This document shows, piece by piece, positions 16,318 through 28,028 of a stretch of DNA of 64,000 nt. Each line of letters starts with the position of its first letter. Position 1 is the first letter of the stretch. The notes beneath the pieces were generated by a model. The model saw only the letters and a program-made list of their open reading frames with translations, did no database searches and had not been told where the DNA came from. The stretch covers positions 27,064 through 91,063 of the forward strand of contig PKQY02000003.1 of assembly GCA_017577895.2 (NCBI GenBank), in the 5' to 3' direction. The stretch comes from Bacillota bacterium. GTDB taxonomy: Bacteria; Bacillota; Bacilli; ZCTH02-B2. The translations under genes and the position numbers were made by a program.

Positions 16318-17109
16318 TCATGCCGAGGGGGCCGCACTTCCCCAAGGCAGTCCGGTGGTGGGACTGGAAGGAGAAGCGGTCATTTTTTTCGGGATGCGGC
16401 CGGCCAAATACCCTTTTCGGCCGGCGATAATCGCGTCCCGCATGGCTTCGGCCATCAATACCGGGTCCTTGGCCTGCGAGACGGCCGTGTTCAGCAAAAT
16501 GGCGTCGGCCCCCAACTCCATGGCCAGACACGCGTCGGCCGGCGAGCCGATGCCGGCGTCGACGATGACCGGCACCCGGGCCTGTTCCACAATGATTTGC
16601 AAATAATACGGATTGAGGAGACCAAGTCCGCTGCCGATGGGGGCAGCCCCCGGCATGACAGCGGCGGCGCCGGCTTCTTCCAGTTTTTTGGCCAGCACCG
16701 GATCGTCGGAACAGTAGGGCAAGACGATGAATCCTTCTTTGACCAATTGCTTGGTGGCTTCCAACGTGGCGACCGGATCGGGCAGCAAATATTTCGGATC
16801 GCCGATGACTTCGACTTTGACCATGTCGCACAAACCGGACGCCCGGGCCAGGCGGGCGATGTGCACCGCTTCTTCCGCTGTTCTGGCTCCGGCCGTGTTG
16901 GGCAACAGTTTAAACTTGCTCAAATCCAGCGTTTCCAAAAAGTTCGGTTCGTTCGGTTGGTCCAAGTTCAGACGACGGACGGCAAAGGTGAGAATTTCGG
17001 CCTGAGAGGCTTCCACAGCTTTGCTTTGAATGTCCAGCGATGAGAATTTGCCGGTTCCCAACAGCAGACGGGAACGAAACGTATACGGGCCGATGTTCCA
17101 AGTATCCAT
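16318..17109 (-). CDS. thiG: Thiazole synthase
   Basis: [29 protein letters not shown] and [13 protein letters not shown] motifs. ATG 17109 follows GAAGGAGG. Confidence 0.95.
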   Translation of the reverse strand: MDTWNIGPYTFRSRLLLGTGKFSSLDIQSKAVEASQAEILTFAVRRLNLDQPNEPNFLETLDLSKFKLLPNTAGARTAEEAVHIARLARASGLCDMVKVEVIGDPKYLLPDPVATLEATKQLVKEGFIVLPYCSDDPVLAKKLEEAGAAAVMPGAAPIGSGLGLLNPYYLQIIVEQARVPVIVDAGIGSPADACLAMELGADAILLNTAVSQAKDPVLMAEAMRDAIIAGRKGYLAGRIPKKMTASPSSPTTGLPWGSAAPSA

Positions 17110-17152
17110 GAAGCGGTCCTCCTTCAATGAAAGGTCAGTGTTCGGCGGCGTT

Positions 17153-17356
17153 TCATCCGCCACCGACAAAATGGATTAATTCGATGCGATCGCCTTCCCG
17201 CAGAATGGCACTGGCATAGTTTTCGGGCGATACGATCTGGTCGTTGTGCTGGATGATGAGGATTTTCCGTTGAATGTTCAAATGCCGCAGCAGTTTTTCA
17301 ATGTTGTCTACTTCCTGTGGGACGTGACGGTTTTCGCCGTTGATGGTGAGCAGCAT
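17153..17356 (-). CDS. thiS: Sulfur carrier protein ThiS
   Basis: 67 aa, MLLTINGE...[13 protein letters not shown], with the C-terminal GG. GAAAGGAGG RBS. Confidence 0.9.
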   Translation of the reverse strand: MLLTINGENRHVPQEVDNIEKLLRHLNIQRKILIIQHNDQIVSPENYASAILREGDRIELIHFVGGG

Positions 17357-17393
17357 GTTGGCTCCTCCTTTCTCGGTTCGATCGGTTTGCCCG

Positions 17394-18014
17394 TCATGGG
17401 GAACAGGCGGCATGGAGACGTTGGCGGATGGTCTGGGCCGCTGCCAGCGGATTGGGCGCTCCCAGAACGGCCGAAATGACGGCAATTCCTGCACAACCGG
17501 TTTCCATGACGGCGGCGACGTTGTCGGCATGAATGCCGCCGATGGCCAAGACCGGAATCGAAAGCCGGACCACCAATTCCTTTAAGGATGGGAGGCCCCG
17601 GGCGGGCAAGCCGGGTTTGGACGGCGTGGGGAAAATGTGCCCAAAAAGGACGTAATCGGCCCCTTCGTCGGCGGCTTGGAGGGCTTCGTCCAAGGAGTGG
17701 ACCGAGACGCCGACTTTCATCGGAGGAGTGACGCACGCTCGGGCGGCGGCCACCGGAAGGCTGTGGCCCGCCAAGTGTACGCCGCCGGCAGAAAGGGCCA
17801 AGGCGACGTCAAGGCGGTCATTGATCCACAGTTTTTCCGGGGGAAAACCGGCCTCTAAGAGCGCCTTACCCCACTCCCACATTTGCCGCGCCGTCCACTG
17901 TTTTTCGCGCAACATGAAACCGTCAATGACGGGCGCCAGTGTCATTGCCGTCTGCAGCAGGCGCTCTGCATTTCCTTTCCCGTCACTGATGACGAACAAG
18001 GCAGGTCGTTGCAA
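17394..18014 (-). CDS. Thiamine-phosphate synthase family protein (ThiE or TenI thiazole tautomerase)
   Basis: TIM-barrel ThiE/TenI pattern (DRLDVALALSAGGVHL, IGGIHADNVAAVMETGCAGIAVISAV). TTG start 7 nt after AAGGAGG. It is the first gene behind the TPP riboswitch. Confidence 0.85.
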   Translation of the reverse strand: MQRPALFVISDGKGNAERLLQTAMTLAPVIDGFMLREKQWTARQMWEWGKALLEAGFPPEKLWINDRLDVALALSAGGVHLAGHSLPVAAARACVTPPMKVGVSVHSLDEALQAADEGADYVLFGHIFPTPSKPGLPARGLPSLKELVVRLSIPVLAIGGIHADNVAAVMETGCAGIAVISAVLGAPNPLAAAQTIRQRLHAACSP

Positions 18015-18043
18015 ATCGGTTCCTCCTTGGCCATGGGTTGATC

Positions 18044-18205
18044 AAAAAACGCCGCTGAACCAGCGGCGTACCGATTGTTTTTCCATCACCGTGGTGCGAT
18101 GGCCGGCTACACTCCCTACGCTGGCATGACCCAGAACAGGTTCAGACGGTCGATGCTTCAGGCAGCATCCTCTCAGTCGGACCATGGATACCGACTCCCG
18201 CGAGC
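18044..18205 (-). promoter_or_regulatory. TPP (THI-box) riboswitch with terminator expression platform
   Basis: The minus strand reads GGGAGTCGG...CCGACTGAGAGG...ACC...TGAACCTGTTCTGGGTCATGCCAGCGTAGGGA. A hairpin gtacgccgctg-gttc-agcggcgt plus T6 follows at 18044-18070. Confidence 0.9.
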
Positions 18206-18367
18206 CTGGCGTGATGCACTTTTCTCATGTCCAGTCTATCAAATCTCCTCCGCCATTAAAAGAGATCGTGGGGCGAACGGTGCCTTGTATGTTTTTCGGC
18301 AAACGGGGAACGCTATGTTTCGGTTTCGCTACCTATCACTTTCCTTGCATGGCGGAGGTGGGGGCTT

Positions 18368-19033
18368 GTGCCCCATTTGGTCAAGCGAAAACGGTGGTTG
18401 TTGGTCTTGAGCGGTTTCGTTTGGTTACAGCTGTTTGCGATGGAAACCGGATGGCTGTTGCCGATAGCCAACGAACAGACCGCATCGGCCCGTTCGGCCA
18501 TGTCGACCGCCGATGAAGCGGAGCAACCGGAGCGTTCCAAACAACCGTTGCCCGCACGTCAACAGTCGGTTTCAGCCTGGAGCTTGGAGACGGTCAAACA
18601 AATCCATAATGTCCGGGAATATTTGCGCGGTTTGCCGACAGTGAAAGTCATCGCCACCGGATATACGGCCGGAGTGGAGTCGACGGGAAAAACGCCGGAT
18701 CATCCGGCTTATGGCATTACGGCCTCCGGAGTTCGGGTCCGTCGGGACGTGTATTCCACCATTGCCGCCGACCCGAACGTATTTCCCATGGGGACCATCC
18801 TTTACATTCCCGGTTACGGCTACGGGGTGGTGGCGGACACCGGTTCAGCCATTCGAGGTTACATGATTGACTTGTACTATGAAACGGTGGAACAAATATA
18901 TGACGAATGGGGCAAAAAAGAAGTGACCGTGTACGTTGTCAAAAAAGGAGACGGCACTGTTACCGAACATATGCTGGACGAGTTGAACCGGCAGCCGGCC
19001 ATTCCGGTGAACGCCGATCAGCCGACGGAATAA
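18368..19033 (+). CDS. yuiC: 3D-domain protein (YuiC-like, MltA/RlpA-type fold)
   Basis: N-terminal TM/signal segment. C-terminal [28 protein letters not shown]...[20 protein letters not shown] is the 3D domain pattern. Confidence 0.85.
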   Translation: MPHLVKRKRWLLVLSGFVWLQLFAMETGWLLPIANEQTASARSAMSTADEAEQPERSKQPLPARQQSVSAWSLETVKQIHNVREYLRGLPTVKVIATGYTAGVESTGKTPDHPAYGITASGVRVRRDVYSTIAADPNVFPMGTILYIPGYGYGVVADTGSAIRGYMIDLYYETVEQIYDEWGKKEVTVYVVKKGDGTVTEHMLDELNRQPAIPVNADQPTE

Positions 19034-19036
19034 GCG

Positions 19037-19504
19037 TCAAAAAGGCGACCATGCGTTGACGGCCAGGGCGGTGAAAAATCCGAGCCAACCGCCGGCGAAG
19101 ACTTCCGTCGGCTTGTGCCCCAGCAGTTCTTTCAGTTTTTCTTGACCTTTTTCCGGATGGCTCCAATCGATTTGGCTGATGTTTTTCAACTCTTCCAAAA
19201 GTTGGTTGAGGACAACGGCATGTTCACCGGCGTGGCGCCGGATGCCCGCCGCATCGAACATGGTAATCATGCTGAAAATGACGCTGATGGCAAAAAGGGG
19301 CGATTGCAGCCCTTCTTGGATGCCGATGCCGGTGGTCAATGCGGCAACGGCGGCCGAGTGGGAACTCGGCATGCCGCCGGTGCTGACCAGCAAATTCCAG
19401 TTCCATTCCCGCAGAGCTAACCAGTGCAAGATCACTTTAATGCTTTGGGCCAAAACGATGGCGGCCAGGGCCGCCCAAAGTGGATAATTATACAATAAGT
19501 CCAT
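19037..19504 (-). CDS. yuiD: Divergent PAP2-family membrane protein (YuiD)
   Basis: GGMPSSHSAAVAALTTGIG and FDAAGIRRHAGEHA motifs. ATG 19504 follows GAAAGGA. Confidence 0.85.
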   Translation of the reverse strand: MDLLYNYPLWAALAAIVLAQSIKVILHWLALREWNWNLLVSTGGMPSSHSAAVAALTTGIGIQEGLQSPLFAISVIFSMITMFDAAGIRRHAGEHAVVLNQLLEELKNISQIDWSHPEKGQEKLKELLGHKPTEVFAGGWLGFFTALAVNAWSPF

Positions 19505-19590
19505 GGTAACCGTCCTTTCTGCCAACTCTATTGTATCGGTTGTCGTGGAAGCCGTCTATGGTTTTTGATGCCGGTTGGGAGGGAGAAGCG

Positions 19591-19998
19591 GTGGAGAAAA
19601 AATACCCGGAACTTTATTATCAATTTTTTGAACAGTTCAACCAAGGTGAGTATTACGCCTGTCACGATTTGCTGGAAGAGTTGTGGATGGAAGACCGGAC
19701 GAACACCTTTTTAAAGGGGCTTTTGCAGATGTCGGTGGCCATTTACCACTACCAAAACGGCAATTGTGCCGGAGCACGGCGCCTGTTCCATTCGGCCCGG
19801 AATTATTTGACGCCGTATTTGCCCCGCTTTTGGGATGTCGATGTGGCGTTAGTGGTGTCTTATATCGATGCGTGTTTGACCCGCGTGCCGCCGGAAGACA
19901 AAATCCCGCCGGAAGTAGTGCGGCAACGGCCGCTGCCGAAACTCGTCCTCCACGTCGAGGAGTCGCCGGACAGCCCCAAGTCGTTCATCCAGTGGTAA
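19591..19998 (+). CDS. DUF309 domain protein
   Basis: YYQFFEQFNQGEYYACHDLLEELWMEDR...LQMSVAIYHYQNGNCAGARRL is the DUF309 signature. GTG 19591 follows GGGAGGGAG. Confidence 0.8.
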   Translation: MEKKYPELYYQFFEQFNQGEYYACHDLLEELWMEDRTNTFLKGLLQMSVAIYHYQNGNCAGARRLFHSARNYLTPYLPRFWDVDVALVVSYIDACLTRVPPEDKIPPEVVRQRPLPKLVLHVEESPDSPKSFIQW

Positions 19999-20117
19999 AC
20001 AAGGGATGCATCCGGTGGTTCAATCGCGGAATTTTCCTCATGAATCGTTCAGGGTTGAAAACTTTCGCACGGTGAATACTAACGCTAACAAATCGGGGAC
20101 ATGAAGGAGGGGTTGGG

Positions 20118-20891
20118 GTGTTGTCCGAAGCGCAGCTGGCCCGGCTGAAATCGATGGTGGTTCAGCGTTTGAAAGAGGCGCGGCGCCAGTTGGAACAAAA
20201 CGAGCATTTCGGCTTGCGCCAGGCCATGGCTAAAGACTCGTTGGGGGAGTTGTCCAATGTGGACAACCATCCGGCCGATCAGGGCTCGGAATGGTTCGAA
20301 CGGGGAAAAGACTTGGCCTTGGCCGAGCATTTGCAGCGGGAAATTGCCGATTTGGAACGGGCGTTACAAGCGATGGAAGAAGGCCGGTACGGCCGGTGTG
20401 TCGTCTGCCGGCGGCCCATCCCCATGGAGCGGTTGGAAGCAATGCCGACGGCGATGACGTGTGTCGAACACGCACCGGCGGCGGTGTCCGAATCACGGCC
20501 CGTGGAAGAACAAATCATGCGCCCCCTCTCGGGCCGGGACGGGGATGAACGAGAAGATGCGTGGCAAGACGTGGCAAGGTATAATGAGCTTGTCGGAGTG
20601 GACGAGGAGGCCATCGAGGCCGACGAAGTCCGCGGGTATGTAGAAGAGATCGAAGGGTTTCTTTCAACGGACATGCACGGACGGAAACGGGGCTACGTGG
20701 ACAATCGCTTGCGGGTCGAGTATCAACAGCGGCTGGACGAAGCGGGGGTCATGTCCATTCTCGGCAATCCCCGCGCCAATGACTTTACGATTTGGGAAGG
20801 GTATGTCGATGTCGAAGAAGAACGGGCCCGCTTGCGCCGAGAACGCCAGTCCCATCGCCCGCCGGGAGGAGAACCGACGGAAGGGGTCTGA
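20118..20891 (+). CDS. yteA: DksA/TraR C4-type zinc-finger protein (YteA family)
   Basis: The coiled N-terminal part is followed by GRYGRCVVCRRPIPMERLEAMPTAMTCVEH. GTG start after GAAGGAGGGG. Confidence 0.85.
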   Translation: MLSEAQLARLKSMVVQRLKEARRQLEQNEHFGLRQAMAKDSLGELSNVDNHPADQGSEWFERGKDLALAEHLQREIADLERALQAMEEGRYGRCVVCRRPIPMERLEAMPTAMTCVEHAPAAVSESRPVEEQIMRPLSGRDGDEREDAWQDVARYNELVGVDEEAIEADEVRGYVEEIEGFLSTDMHGRKRGYVDNRLRVEYQQRLDEAGVMSILGNPRANDFTIWEGYVDVEEERARLRRERQSHRPPGGEPTEGV

Positions 20892-21340
20892 TGCATCGGT
20901 TGACCACGAAACTGCCGCAAGAAAAAACGAAACCGGCCCGTAGGCCGGGCCGCGGGAAGCCATGGCTGAAAGGAGTGACGGCGGCCGTATTGGTGGCGGC
21001 GGCCAGTGGGATGCTGCTGTTTTTGCCGCCGTTATCCCTTTGGCCGCTGTATCCAGTGACTTTGGTGTTGCATGCGTGGCTGGGAATACTGGTGGCAGTG
21101 CCTTTTTTGTTGGTCCTCGTCTTGCACGGCGGCCGGCGGCGAAGACCGGCGGCGCCAAGAGGTTGGACGTGGTCGGGCATCGGCTTCGGCCTGTCTTTTT
21201 TGACGGTGTTGGCTACCGGCATCGCCCGCATGGGGCAGCCGCAGTTGCCGGTCGGGTGGCTCATTCTGCACATGGTGACCGGCGCTTTGACCATTTTGTT
21301 CGGCTTGTGGCACGGCGCCCGGATGCGGCTGGATCGGTAA
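20891..21340 (+). CDS. Hypothetical membrane protein (about 4 TM segments)
   Basis: The ATG overlaps the yteA stop (TGATG). Hydrophobic segments separated by Arg-rich loops. No family recognised. Confidence 0.55.
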   Translation: MHRLTTKLPQEKTKPARRPGRGKPWLKGVTAAVLVAAASGMLLFLPPLSLWPLYPVTLVLHAWLGILVAVPFLLVLVLHGGRRRRPAAPRGWTWSGIGFGLSFLTVLATGIARMGQPQLPVGWLILHMVTGALTILFGLWHGARMRLDR

Positions 21341-21355
21341 ATGTCAAGCCCATAC

Positions 21356-21384
21356 TTGACAGACTATAGACCGGCTCTTATAAT
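21356..21384 (+). promoter_or_regulatory. Sigma-A promoter of the metY leader (TTGACA-17-TATAAT)
   Basis: Consensus hexamers at 21356-21361 and 21379-21384 with a 17-nt spacer. Confidence 0.7.
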
Positions 21385-21416
21385 GTGTGTATCGCATGAC
21401 AATTGAAAATCCCGGA

Positions 21417-21578
21417 TACTCTTATCCAGAGCGGTGGAGGGACTGGCCCGATGAAACCCGGCAACCGGCAGCATGTGCTGCAAGGTGCTAATTCCAGCAG
21501 GATCTTTTATGGATTCTGGAAGATAAGAGTAAGAGAGTGAATCCAAAGCCCTCTTCTCTTATGAAGAGGGCTTTTTTG
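21417..21578 (+). promoter_or_regulatory. SAM-I (S-box) riboswitch with terminator
   Basis: CTCTTATCCAGAGCGGTGGAGGGACTGGCCCGATGAAACCCGGCAACC...GGTGCTAATTCCAGCAG...GAAGATAAGAG. Terminator agccctcttc-tcttat-gaagagggct plus T6 at 21545-21578. Confidence 0.9.
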
Positions 21579-21582
21579 ATAA

Positions 21583-22908
<1,326 letters not shown>

Positions 22909-22967
22909 AGCACGAGACCGCATGCGCTCGAACGTTGACAGCGCATGACCACTCACAATAACAAGAG

Positions 22968-24110
22968 GTGAAAGGGCATGGGGATGAAGTGGTGTTGAAG
23001 ACGAGAGAACAGGAAGAGGTCGGTGACGGCCTGCAGTTCGCCAACATTGGCGATTTGCGCATGGAGAACGGCGCGTTGTTGCCGGAAGTGAAAATTGCCT
23101 ACAAGACGTATGGTCGGTTGAACGCCAAGAAGGACAACGCAGTTTTGATCTGCCATGCGCTGACGGGCAATGCCCACGTCTGCGGCACGACGGAACGTCC
23201 TGGATGGTGGGACGGTTTGGTTGGCCCGGAAAAGTGGCTGGACACCGATGAATATTTCGTCATCTGTTCCAATGTGCTCGGCGGATGTAACGGCAGCACC
23301 GGGCCGGCCAGTATCCCGCCCGGGGAAGATCGGCCGTACGGTCTCCGTTTTCCGACGGTGACCATCCGGGATATGGTCCGGGCGCAAAAGGCGCTGTTGG
23401 ACCAATTGGGCATCCAACATTTGCGCTGTGTGCTGGGAGGCTCCATGGGGGGGATGCAAGTGTTGGAATGGGGCATCCTCTACCCCGACTTCATGGATTG
23501 CCTCATCCCGATGGCCACCGCGGCCCGCTTTACGCCCATGGCCATTGCATACAACCACGTGGCTCGGGAAGCGATCATGAACGACCCCGCCTGGCAGGGT
23601 GGCGATTATTACCCCGGTCCGGGACCGACGAAAGGCCTGGCCATCGCCCGGGCCATCGGCATGATCAGCTACCGGACGGCGGAACTGTTTGAAGAACGGT
23701 TTGGCCGGCGGTTGCAGCAGACGGATCCGCCGCAGCGGGAGTTGGACTTTCATTCCACATATGCGGTGGAAAGCTACTTGCGCTATCAAGGTGAAAAGCT
23801 GGTCCGGCGATTTGACGCCAACAGTTACCTGTACTTGTTGAAGGCCATGGATACCCATGACATTTGCCGCGATCGGGGTAGTCTGGCGGAAGTGTTGAGT
23901 GCCATCGAAGCGGAAGTGCTGATCATCGGTGTGGAAGAAGATCTCCTCTACGAAGTGTCCCATTTGCGCAATTTGTACCAGATGCTGAAGAGTTTGTACA
24001 AGAAGGCGAAAATGCTGACCTTCAGTTCGCCTTTCGGTCACGATGCTTTTCTGGTCGAGACCGACTTGATCGGCCCCATCGTCCGACAAGTGTTGAAACA
24101 AGGCGTGTAG
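22968..24110 (+). CDS. metX: Homoserine O-acetyltransferase
   Basis: AYKTYGRLNAKKDNAVLICHALTGNAH and GGSMGGMQVLEW (nucleophile elbow). The true start may be the GTG at 22989-22992. Confidence 0.9.
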   Translation: MKGHGDEVVLKTREQEEVGDGLQFANIGDLRMENGALLPEVKIAYKTYGRLNAKKDNAVLICHALTGNAHVCGTTERPGWWDGLVGPEKWLDTDEYFVICSNVLGGCNGSTGPASIPPGEDRPYGLRFPTVTIRDMVRAQKALLDQLGIQHLRCVLGGSMGGMQVLEWGILYPDFMDCLIPMATAARFTPMAIAYNHVAREAIMNDPAWQGGDYYPGPGPTKGLAIARAIGMISYRTAELFEERFGRRLQQTDPPQRELDFHSTYAVESYLRYQGEKLVRRFDANSYLYLLKAMDTHDICRDRGSLAEVLSAIEAEVLIIGVEEDLLYEVSHLRNLYQMLKSLYKKAKMLTFSSPFGHDAFLVETDLIGPIVRQVLKQGV

Positions 24111-24121
24111 CCCTTTGTCGT

Positions 24122-24157
24122 CCACTGCCGGTGGTTCCGGCAGTGGTTCATTTTTTT
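24122..24157 (+). terminator. Intrinsic terminator after metX
   Basis: 10-bp stem ccactgccgg / ccggcagtgg with loop tggtt, followed by TTCATTTTTTT. Confidence 0.8.
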
Positions 24158-24172
24158 CTGGGGGGAATGGAC

Positions 24173-24652
24173 ATGGAATGGGTTTTGTGGCTGGTGGTGT
24201 GGGCTTGTTTTTTGTTGAGTTTCGTCGGTTTGTTGGTGCCGGTCATCCCGTCCACGCCGTTGGTGTTGCTCGGTTTTCTCGTGTTTGAATGGTTTATCGG
24301 CGACGGCTTCTTGGGATGGGGGTTTTGGGTGACGATGGTGCTGTTGACGGCCGTCAGTTTGGTCATTGATGTGGCGGCCAGCGGCCTGTTGGTCAAGCGG
24401 GCCGGCGGCTCGCGAGCGTCGTTTTGGGCGGCGGTTTTAGGGGCGTTGTTTGGTCCGTTCGTCCTCGGGCCTTTGGGGCTGTTGGTCGGCCCGTTTTTGG
24501 CCGTGGTGGCGGTGGAGTGGTGGCGGCATCAACATTTGCCGAAGGCGGTTCGGATTGGCTTCGCCTCCCTCGTTGGTCTGTTGGGCGGCAGTTTATTTCG
24601 GGGATTCATCCATGTGGTGATGATCGTGTGGTTTTTGTTCGTCGTGTTTTGA
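24173..24652 (+). CDS. DUF456 family membrane protein
   Basis: MEWVLWLVVWACFLLSFVGLLVPVIPSTPLVLLGF matches the DUF456 pattern. The start is placed after the metX terminator, 7 nt downstream of a G6 run. Confidence 0.75.
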   Translation: MEWVLWLVVWACFLLSFVGLLVPVIPSTPLVLLGFLVFEWFIGDGFLGWGFWVTMVLLTAVSLVIDVAASGLLVKRAGGSRASFWAAVLGALFGPFVLGPLGLLVGPFLAVVAVEWWRHQHLPKAVRIGFASLVGLLGGSLFRGFIHVVMIVWFLFVVF

Positions 24653-24867
24653 ACGATTCATGGTTGCTGTAAGTAACTTCGGCCTCCTCTCGGCATAAAA
24701 TTAAGGTACAGCATGGTTTTCAACCCGTGTTGTCTCGGGAGAATATCTCTTTTACTTCGGCCATATATTTGAATTATCGACATTCTCTTATCAAAATTTT
24801 GTTTTTCGTCAATGAACCGTCGGGTTTGGATACATGATATACATGTATGGCCATGGGGGGAGGCTCT

Positions 24868-26763
24868 ATGGATATCATCAAACGCATTGCGGAATACCGG
24901 AGCCAGGAAGAGAAATTGCGATGGGAAGGGACCTTCGCCGAATATTTGGAAATTGTTCGGGAAAAGCCGTACGTGGCCCAGACGGCCCATGCCCGTGTCT
25001 ACAATATGATTGCCGATGCTGGCATCGAAGAAGTCGACGGACGGCGTCGTTATCTGTTTTTCAGCGATGAAATTTTCGGCTTGGACCGGACGTTGGAACG
25101 GTTGGTGGAAGAATATTTTCATTCGGCGGCCAAGCGCCTGGATGTCCGCAAGCGCATTTTGTTGTTGATGGGACCGGTCAGCGGAGGGAAATCGACCATC
25201 GTGAACTTGCTGAAACGGGGGCTGGAGAAATATTCGCGCACCGAGCGGGGTGCGTTGTACGGCATCAAAGGATGCCCTATGCACGAAGAGCCGTTGCATT
25301 TGATCCCCCACGAGTTGCGGCCGGAAGTGGAAAAAGAACTGGGAGTCAAAATTGAAGGCGATCTCTGCCCGTACTGCCGCCTGATGGTGGAGCAGGAATA
25401 CAACTGGCGGGTGGAGGAAGTGCCGGTGGAACGGGTGCTTCTGTCCGAGAGCCAGCGCGTCGGCATCGGCACCTTCAGCCCGTCGGATCCGAAGTCCCAA
25501 GACATTGCCGACTTGACCGGCAGTATCGACTTTTCCACCATCTCCGAATACGGTTCCGAATCGGATCCGCGGGCGTACCGGTTTGACGGCGAACTGAACA
25601 AGGCCAATCGGGGCATCATGGAATTCCAGGAAATGCTGAAGTGCGACGAAAAATTTCTGTGGAATTTACTGTCCTTGACGCAAGAAGGAAATTTCAAGGC
25701 GGGGCGCTTTGCGCTCATCTCGGCCGATGAGGTCATTATCGCCCATACGAACGAGGCGGAGTATAAAGCTTTTATCAGCAACAAGAAAAACGAGGCGTTG
25801 CAGTCGCGCATCATTGTCATGCCCGTTCCGTACAATTTGCGGGTGTCGGAGGAAGAAAAGATTTACCAAAAACTGATTCGGCAAAGCGACCTCGGACATG
25901 TCCACATTGCTCCGCATGCGCTGATGGCGGCAGCCATTTTTTCCGTCCTCACCCGGCTGAAAGATTCCAAAAAACAAGGTATGGATCTGATCAAAAAAAT
26001 GCGCCTGTACGACGGAGAATCGGTAGAAGGGTTTAAAGATTCAGACGTGGAAGAGTTGCGCAACGAATTTCCCGAAGAAGGGATGGACGGCATCGATCCC
26101 CGTTACGTCATCAACCGCATTTCCAGCGCCTTGATTCGCCGCGATACCGAGTGCATCAACGCCTTGGACGTGCTGCGGGCGTTGAAGGACGGCCTGGATC
26201 AGCATCCATCCATTACCAAGGAAGAGCGGGAAAAGTATTTGAATTATATCGCCATGGCGCGGAAAGAGTACGATGAATTGGCCAAAAAAGAAGTGCAAAA
26301 AGCGTTTGTCTATTCTTACGAAGAGTCGGCGAAAACGCTGCTGGAAAACTATTTGGACAACGTGGAAGCGTATTGCAACTGGACGAAGATTCGCGATCCG
26401 TTGACGGGCGAAGAAATGGATCCCGATGAAAAACTGATGCGTTCCATTGAAGAGCAAATCGGCATTTCGGAAAACGCGAAAAAGGCGTTCCGGGAAGAAA
26501 TTTTGATCCGCATTTCCGCCTATGCCCGGAAGGGGAAAAAGTTTGACTACAATTCCCATGAACGGCTGCGGGAGGCCATCGAGAAGAAGCTGTTTGCCGA
26601 TTTGAAAGACGTCGTGAAAATCACGACATCCACCAAAACACCCGATGAAAATCAATTGAAAAAAATCAACGAGGTGACGGCGCGGCTCATAGACGAATAT
26701 GGCTATTGTCCGATTTGTGCCAACGAATTGCTTCGCTATGTCGGCAGTCTATTGAACCGATGA
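24868..26763 (+). CDS. prkA: PrkA family serine protein kinase / AAA+ protein
   Basis: 631 aa. GPVSGGKST Walker A and overall PrkA/YeaG pattern (NRGIMEFQEMLKCDEKFLW). ATG 24868 follows GGGGGAGG. Confidence 0.95.
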   Translation: MDIIKRIAEYRSQEEKLRWEGTFAEYLEIVREKPYVAQTAHARVYNMIADAGIEEVDGRRRYLFFSDEIFGLDRTLERLVEEYFHSAAKRLDVRKRILLLMGPVSGGKSTIVNLLKRGLEKYSRTERGALYGIKGCPMHEEPLHLIPHELRPEVEKELGVKIEGDLCPYCRLMVEQEYNWRVEEVPVERVLLSESQRVGIGTFSPSDPKSQDIADLTGSIDFSTISEYGSESDPRAYRFDGELNKANRGIMEFQEMLKCDEKFLWNLLSLTQEGNFKAGRFALISADEVIIAHTNEAEYKAFISNKKNEALQSRIIVMPVPYNLRVSEEEKIYQKLIRQSDLGHVHIAPHALMAAAIFSVLTRLKDSKKQGMDLIKKMRLYDGESVEGFKDSDVEELRNEFPEEGMDGIDPRYVINRISSALIRRDTECINALDVLRALKDGLDQHPSITKEEREKYLNYIAMARKEYDELAKKEVQKAFVYSYEESAKTLLENYLDNVEAYCNWTKIRDPLTGEEMDPDEKLMRSIEEQIGISENAKKAFREEILIRISAYARKGKKFDYNSHERLREAIEKKLFADLKDVVKITTSTKTPDENQLKKINEVTARLIDEYGYCPICANELLRYVGSLLNR

Positions 26764-26783
26764 TGCATGGAACATTCCGGGGG

Positions 26784-26811
26784 GCGGCACTGGAACAGTG
26801 TCGCTTTTCTT
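26784..26811 (+). terminator. Hairpin plus T-tract between prkA and yhbH (possible attenuating terminator)
   Basis: 9-bp stem gcggcactg / cagtgtcgc with one G-U pair and loop gaa, then TTTTCTT. Confidence 0.45.
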
Positions 26812-26855
26812 GACTTTATGAGCATGATTGTTGTTGAAGAAGGGGGGACTGGCTG

Positions 26856-28028
26856 ATGGGCGGATCGTTTACCATTTCACGGGAAGATTGGTCCCTTCAT
26901 CGTAAAGGGTATCAAGATCAAATGCGCCACCAAGAAAAGGTTCGGGAAGCCATCAAGAACAATTTGCCGGAGCTTATCAGTGACGAAAGCATCATCATGT
27001 CCGACGGCAAACAGATTGTCAAAATTCCGATTCGTTCACTGGAAGAATACCGTTTCCGGTTCAATTTTAACAAACAGCAACACGCCGGCCAGGGCAACGG
27101 CAAGACGAAAGTGGGGGATGTTCTGGCACAGGATGCGTCGGGGGGCTCGGGAGCCGGTGCCGGTAGCGGCGGGGCGGGAGACCAGCCGGGCATCGATTAC
27201 TACGAGGCGGAAGTGACGCTGGATGACATTGAAGAAATGCTGTTTGCCGAGCTGGAGCTGCCCTTCTTGCAGCCGAAAGAGCAAGAACAGATGGTCGTGG
27301 AAGACATCCGCTTCAATGACGTCCGGAAAAAGGGTCTGATGGGCAACTTGGACAAAAAGCGGACGATTCTCGAGGCGATGAAGCGAAATCTGATGCAGGG
27401 CGGCAAAGGCATGGGCCGCATCACGCCGGAAGACTTGCGGTTTAAGACGTGGGAGGATGTGGAACAACCCCGTTCCAATGCTGTCGTCATCGCCATGATG
27501 GACACCAGCGGCAGCATGGGGACGTTTGAAAAATACGTGGCCCGCACGTTCTTTTTCTGGACGGTCCGGTTTTTGCGGACCAAATATGAAAAAGTGGACA
27601 TCGTCTTCATTGCCCATCACACGGAAGCGAAAGAAGTGGGGGAAGAGGAGTTTTTCACCCGCGGGGAAAGCGGCGGCACCATCTGTTCGTCGGCGTACCG
27701 GAAGGCGCTGGAGATCATCCACGACCGGTATCCCAGCTCACGTTACAATATTTACCCGTTCCACTTTTCCGACGGCGACAATTTGACGTCAGACAACGAG
27801 CGGTGTGTGCAATTGGTCAACGAGCTGTTGAAACATTGCAACATGTTTGGTTATGGCGAGGTGAATCAATACAACCGGACATCGACCTTGATGTCCGCGT
27901 ACCGGCACATTAAACATCCTCGGTTCATCCATGTGTTGATTCGCGAAAAAGGAGATATTTATCAAGCGTTGAAGACGTTTTTCCGCGCCCGTGGTCGGCT
28001 AGGGGGGGATGGACGTGAAGCCGGATGA
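26856..28028 (+). CDS. yhbH: YhbH/YeaH family sporulation protein (DUF444, vWA-like)
   Basis: [25 protein letters not shown] and AMMDTSGSM motifs. 390 aa. Confidence 0.9.
   Translation: MGGSFTISREDWSLHRKGYQDQMRHQEKVREAIKNNLPELISDESIIMSDGKQIVKIPIRSLEEYRFRFNFNKQQHAGQGNGKTKVGDVLAQDASGGSGAGAGSGGAGDQPGIDYYEAEVTLDDIEEMLFAELELPFLQPKEQEQMVVEDIRFNDVRKKGLMGNLDKKRTILEAMKRNLMQGGKGMGRITPEDLRFKTWEDVEQPRSNAVVIAMMDTSGSMGTFEKYVARTFFFWTVRFLRTKYEKVDIVFIAHHTEAKEVGEEEFFTRGESGGTICSSAYRKALEIIHDRYPSSRYNIYPFHFSDGDNLTSDNERCVQLVNELLKHCNMFGYGEVNQYNRTSTLMSAYRHIKHPRFIHVLIREKGDIYQALKTFFRARGRLGGDGREAG

Noticed and set aside
24653-24867. Possible sigma-E promoter upstream of prkA (GTCAATGA-13-GATACATG).
   Set aside because: It matches only about 5 of 8 positions in each element. 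That is too weak to report as a feature without a scoring matrix or 5'-end data.
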